Shown piece after piece: positions 52,101-55,971 of a DNA stretch of 55,971 nt. Made by a program: the position numbers and the translations under genes. Position 1 is the stretch's first letter. The number at the start of each line of letters is the position of its first letter. Source of the DNA: Chromera velia (lineage: Eukaryota); the NCBI GenBank assembly GCA_018398765.1, contig JAHBMJ010000121.1:1-55971 (forward strand), written 5' to 3'. The notes under the pieces were generated by a model. It was not told the origin of the DNA. It was given only the letters and a program-made list of their open reading frames with translations, and did not search any database.

Positions 52101-52200
52101 GAAGGCCGAGGCCCGTCGTGCAGCCTCTGCTGAGAAGATCTTACGGGAAGAGCAGCAGAGGGCAGGCAAACAACCAATTCCAGCACAAAACGAAGTTTGA
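37289..52200 (+). CDS. Anoctamin/TMEM16 family Ca2+-activated channel/scramblase, ~20+ exons
   Basis: Hallmark exons: FRAYFGEK|VAFYFAFL (~44900-45220), WGM...RPEFKG (~46211), SCLHELRNQI|MSLNLVELATPY (~48459), DYKE|LMDLICYMSLFVVAVPAAP..LLEAK|VDAIKVFHLVRRPTPEDADSIGPW (49357-50120), AVTCNALL. Stop TGA at 52198-52200. The assignment of the most 5' exons is less certain. Confidence 0.88.
37745..37972. repeat. Compound tetranucleotide microsatellite (CAGT/CTGT/CAGG)n, intronic
   Basis: Direct reading. Confidence 0.95.
40760..40818. repeat. (CG)n-(TG)n alternating purine/pyrimidine tract, intronic
   Basis: Direct reading. Confidence 0.9.
42970..43145. repeat. (CT)n, (GT)n and (GA)n microsatellites, intronic
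   Basis: Direct reading. Confidence 0.9.
48529..48662 (+). repeat. ~32-bp tandem repeat x4 spanning a splice donor
   Basis: GGCGCTTTTGTGTCAGAAGGAGAAAGCAG|GTA occurs twice exactly, followed by two diverged copies. Confidence 0.9.
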
Positions 52201-52674
52201 GTAAAACAGCGGAAAGTATCAGAAGGTGTAGAATTGTGTAGCTATAGTAAATAATTATTTCAAAAATCTATAGCTTATATTAATCAATATTTAAAGTCAA
52301 AAAAAAAAATTTCTACTTGAGCCACATGCTAGGCCACAAGTTATAATTAAGTAAAATTATGTAAAACTAGATCAAAAACCTAAAGCAAAATGATATACGT
52401 ACAGCGTAATAAAAAATATTAAAGATGATGATAAAACTATTAAAGAATAAGCTTCAATAAAGAATAAAATTATCTCTGCATGAAAGATTTTAAACTTCAA
52501 TCTTCAAGTTAAGGTTGATATGAGCTCCGAGTCCCATAAGTAAGTTCAAATATTTACTTTTATATTAAAGATCGAGTTAAAAAAACAATGGCCCAGGTGA
52601 TATGGGACTCACATCATTGGCGGGTGCATGTTTGAACGCTAGTTTGAACATTTATAATCTAGTCTATAATTTTA

Positions 52675-53731
52675 TTAGGCATGGACTTTAGTTAGTTAGT
52701 CAGTTTAATAACTTTAGTTTATGACCCTATAGAGAACTAACTAACTAACTAAACTAACTAAACAGTTTTGACCTATTTAGGTACTACTAGTTTGACTCTA
52801 ACATTTGAGCAGTATTAATTTATACCCTTCCCCCCCCCCCCCCAACAATGGGCCAACGGTTGGACTTAGTGTGGTTTGAGGCACAAGGCCTCCTTTTGGA
52901 TGGGGTAACACACCGTTTTCTGTTTGCGGCAGGGAGTCAACGTCATAGTACTTCACTCTTGCCTCCTTCGCAACGATATTGGTGGGGCTGACGCGGATGA
53001 GTATGGCCCTCCCTAGCTTTTCCTAGCTCTCTCAGTTGTCCTAGGCGGTCCTGGGAGGAGAGGATCACGCAGTACTGTTGTAACTGTTCTGCTGCGTGCC
53101 AGAGCTTTGTCTGGCCTCTGCAGTACAAGCGGGTGTGCAGAAGCATGTGGGGCCTCTCTGTATACTCTGTCTCCCAGCTGGCTCTGGAGGCCGCTGCTTT
53201 GCATTAATTCCCTGCCTAACTAACTTTAACTGACTAACTGATTAACTGACTGACTAACTGACTGACTAACTAACTAACTGACTGACTGGTGGCTCTATAC
53301 ATGAAGCTATATGAACAATTTTGAAAGTGTTTTTTTGACAATGTCTAAATTATCATTTTTATGATTCAATATCATGTTGGTTTATAGTGTTATAACTTTA
53401 AAATTCTGAAATTTTTTGATTTAACATCGTAGACTTTTCTAGTAAATTTTTACTAGTAGATAGTGATTCAGACTCGGAGCTTCCCATGCAGAGAAGACGC
53501 CTTCGACGGGCGCTCGTTAAGTCCAACTCAGACTAGTAACTCAGACAATGCTAGCAGATAATGAGTAATCAAACCTTTTACAGTTTAACACATCAAACTA
53601 AACTAACTAAACTAACGACCACGTATAACTAGTTTAGTTCATAATTTAGTTAGTTAGTTTAGTTTTCTTCTAGCTTTTTTTGGGAAATATCAACTAACTA
53701 AAGAACTAAACTAACTAAAGTCCACGCCTAG
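52675..53731. mobile_element. Non-autonomous TIR DNA transposon (hAT-like), 8-bp TSD
   Basis: TIR TAGGCRTGGACTTTAGTTAG at 52676-52695 and 53711-53730. TSD TAATTTTA at 52667-52674 and 53732-53739. Subterminal AACT/TTAG arrays at both ends. Confidence 0.8.
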
Positions 53732-53771
53732 TAATTTTAGCTATGAGTTCCAAAACAAGAAACACATTAAC

Positions 53772-54319
53772 ATAGGGGTCTAGATATGAGGGGGGGGGGG
53801 TGGTATAGTATATAGAGACGTGCCTAGGGGCTACGCCTTAAGCGCGTTGTATATAAAGGCGTTTTGCCGTACGGGTAATGCCCTTAGGGTGTTATGTTAT
53901 ATATATAAGGTCTTAGACAAGCTATACCTCTAGCTATACTTCTTCATTGACAAAAAATTGAGTTAAACTCACAAATAATTATATTGTGCTCGCTAGATTT
54001 AGCCAGCTTACATCAGCCTACGCCCTTTAATATATTAAAATCTGGTCATTAGATCAAAATCAAACATGATTCATTCATTCTTGTCTGTTGTGGAAGAAGG
54101 TCCTTGTCAGTATTGAATGCTCCCATGCATCGCCCTAGAAAGCGCTGAGCGCTCTCCCAACACCCTCCTACGACCTGCTATGCCCCTGTAGGGGCGTTGT
54201 ATATAGCCGTCGGCCGAAGGCCGATGCCCCCCCCCGAGGCGCTATATACACGTAATTTGTGACGTAAAGCCGACAACGCCCTTTCATAGGGTGTTGTGAT
54301 AGCAATTCTAGACCCCTAT
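53772..54319. mobile_element. Second non-autonomous TIR element (MITE), hairpin-rich, probable 8-bp TSD
   Basis: Perfect 13-bp TIR ATAGGGGTCTAGA at 53772-53784 and 54307-54319. Flanks ACATTAAC and ACATGAAC match 7/8. Confidence 0.65.
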
Positions 54320-54544
54320 ACATGAACCACTCTGTTAATTTACTTGAATCGTCATTGCCCCCACTATCCCCTAGTATATATCCAGCATTCTAACTAGCAT
54401 TTAGGCTAGCATAATAGTAGTATTCAATATCAATTATCCCAATCTTTAAATAGAGTTTTAAGAAATTAAGATACAAAAAAAATCTTGTTAAAAATCTCTT
54501 AAACTTTAAATTATAAAAAATAAATAATGCTAGAAACAATGTTA

Positions 54545-55050
54545 TGATGATGATGATTGAGGGTTAAATCCTAGATCTAGCGACGCCAGATCCCAAGCCA
54601 CTAACAAGGCTTTGAGGACAACCCAGAACACACATTCACACGGGGGGGGATGAGGAAGCCTGCATGCCAATCGGATCGATTCGCCTTAACCACATCTACG
54701 GAGGCGCATGGAGACATAAGCGCTCGGTACACGCGCACACCACATTCATACATTAAATTCTGAATCAATCCGAAAAGAGAGTAAAGGCAAGGATGGATGA
54801 GAGGTGATGAGAGAAAAAACGGAGTTAATGACAGACTCTTTCGAAGATCTCCACTGGCTTACGCCGCCCAAAGGCAAAGTGGCAACTCAATCGAAGCAAT
54901 CAATACCATAATTCAGTCACCAACTTGACAAGGGAAGAGGGAACCACAAAGGTTCAAGTTTATGCTCACAATATGATCAGCTAGTTTTTATGAGGAAGGA
55001 GTAAAGAGAGAAGAAAATTTGATAAAGATAAACACCTGATCAATCAAGTA
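54545..55050 (-). mobile_element. 3' segment of the (ATC)n-tailed element (copy B), directly downstream of ORF 55115-55971
   Basis: Reverse complement of 7291-7800; minus strand ends AACCCTCAATCATCATCATCAT. Confidence 0.75.
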
Positions 55051-55114
55051 TATACACCCAAACATACATACAAACACCAAAAACGCATCACCGAAAGCCC
55101 AATCGACCCAGGGC

Positions 55115-55971
55115 CTACGGCCATCTCACAACGTACTCGCAGATCTTTTGATGTGTTTGGAAGACCGTGCTCTCCCATAACTTGGGAGTTCCGTCTCCAT
55201 CTTCGACAATCAGACGAGTCATTCGTCCTTCTGGCCCAACGCTTGCATGAGCCGTGCAGCCGTGTTGATTTGCCAGATAGTCCAGCATGGCAACTGCCGT
55301 CTCTTGCACGAGGAGCGGGGAAAGAGAAGAGCTGTCTCTTGTTGGGTTGAAAGAAGAAATGTCTTCTCCTTCAAAGGCTGGCTTCACAGGCTGGTTACAC
55401 AAGAAAACTATAAAATTCTCACTACCAGCTTGCTCCTCTTTTGCCTTTTTCTTCTTTTTCTTCTTCTTCTTCTTTCTCTTCTCTGTTGTATGGCCCTTCC
55501 CCTCTAGCTCCCCCTCCTCCAGACCCTCATATTCCTTCTCTGATTCAACAATGTTTTCATCTGAGGGGGAAGCGGTGTTTGGAGGGGGACGAGCTCTGCA
55601 AGCGTCTGAGAGGGAAGGGAGGCTGGATTCTTTCGGAAGGAGACGAGAGCCGCAAGCGCTAGCGCAAGCGTCTGTAAGAGACGGCGAGGTGGAGTTGTTC
55701 GGGGGGGGACGAGTGCTGTAAGCGTCTGCCGAAGCTACAGAGGCTTGTACAGAGGTGGGAGAGGCTCTTGTTTGTGGGCATGGAGGCGGCAAGGCTTGTA
55801 TAGAAGTGGGAGAGACTCCGGGGGGACCTGCTTGTAGGCACAGAGGCGGCAAGGCTTGTGCAGAGGTGGGAGAGGCTTCTGCTCGCAAGCACGGAGGCGG
55901 CAAGGCTTGTGCGGAGGTGGGAGAGGCTTCTGCTTGCAGGCACGGAGGCGAGATGGCTTGCGCGGAGGTAG
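55115..55971 (-). CDS. 5'-partial ORF with Pro/Ser/Ala 17-aa repeats, acidic patch, poly-Lys tract and a small globular C-terminus; probably element-encoded
   Basis: ORF track 55115-55903; the repeat continues to the window edge. KRKKKKKKKKKK is NLS-like. No introns seen and no RT/EN motifs visible. Confidence 0.5.
   Translation of the reverse strand, partial: TSAQAISPPCLQAEASPTSAQALPPPCLRAEASPTSAQALPPLCLQAGPPGVSPTSIQALPPPCPQTRASPTSVQASVASADAYSTRPPPNNSTSPSLTDACASACGSRLLPKESSLPSLSDACRARPPPNTASPSDENIVESEKEYEGLEEGELEGKGHTTEKRKKKKKKKKKKAKEEQAGSENFIVFLCNQPVKPAFEGEDISSFNPTRDSSSLSPLLVQETAVAMLDYLANQHGCTAHASVGPEGRMTRLIVEDGDGTPKLWESTVFQTHQKICEYVVRWP
55735..55971. repeat. 51-bp (17-codon) coding tandem repeat
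   Basis: GAGGCGGCAAGGCTTGT..AGAGGTGGGAGAGGCT recurs at ~55783, 55843 and 55894; one unit is 60 bp. Confidence 0.85.

Overview
Intron-rich eukaryotic genomic DNA. It is inferred to come from a chromerid/alveolate alga similar to Chromera velia, based on the RAP-domain gene, PPR proteins with signal+Phe leaders, an RI-like LRR gene, TGCATG-rich promoters and microsatellite-filled GT-AG introns. Genes in order: the 3' part of a RAP-domain protein (+); a PPR protein built from unusual 38-aa repeats (-); a large low-complexity protein (+); a ~2,050-aa modular PPR protein (+); an LRR protein (-); a small unknown gene (-); an AIM24-like gene (+); a 15-kb anoctamin/TMEM16 gene (+); and a partial repeat-bearing ORF at the right edge (-). 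Gene starts sit in GC/CpG- and TGCATG-rich promoter islands. Gene 3' ends open onto AT-rich, TpA-rich spacers holding transposon relics: two TIR elements with 8-bp TSDs, a foldback repeat, and two copies of an (ATC)n-tailed element. Two signals stand out. (1) Repeat copies differ almost only by C:G/T:A transitions, mostly CpA/TpG vs TpA, a RIP-like signature not expected outside fungi. (2) The 38-aa 'GGSxW' PPR variant keeps a readable PPR code. All gene models were spliced by eye and nothing was searched against a database.
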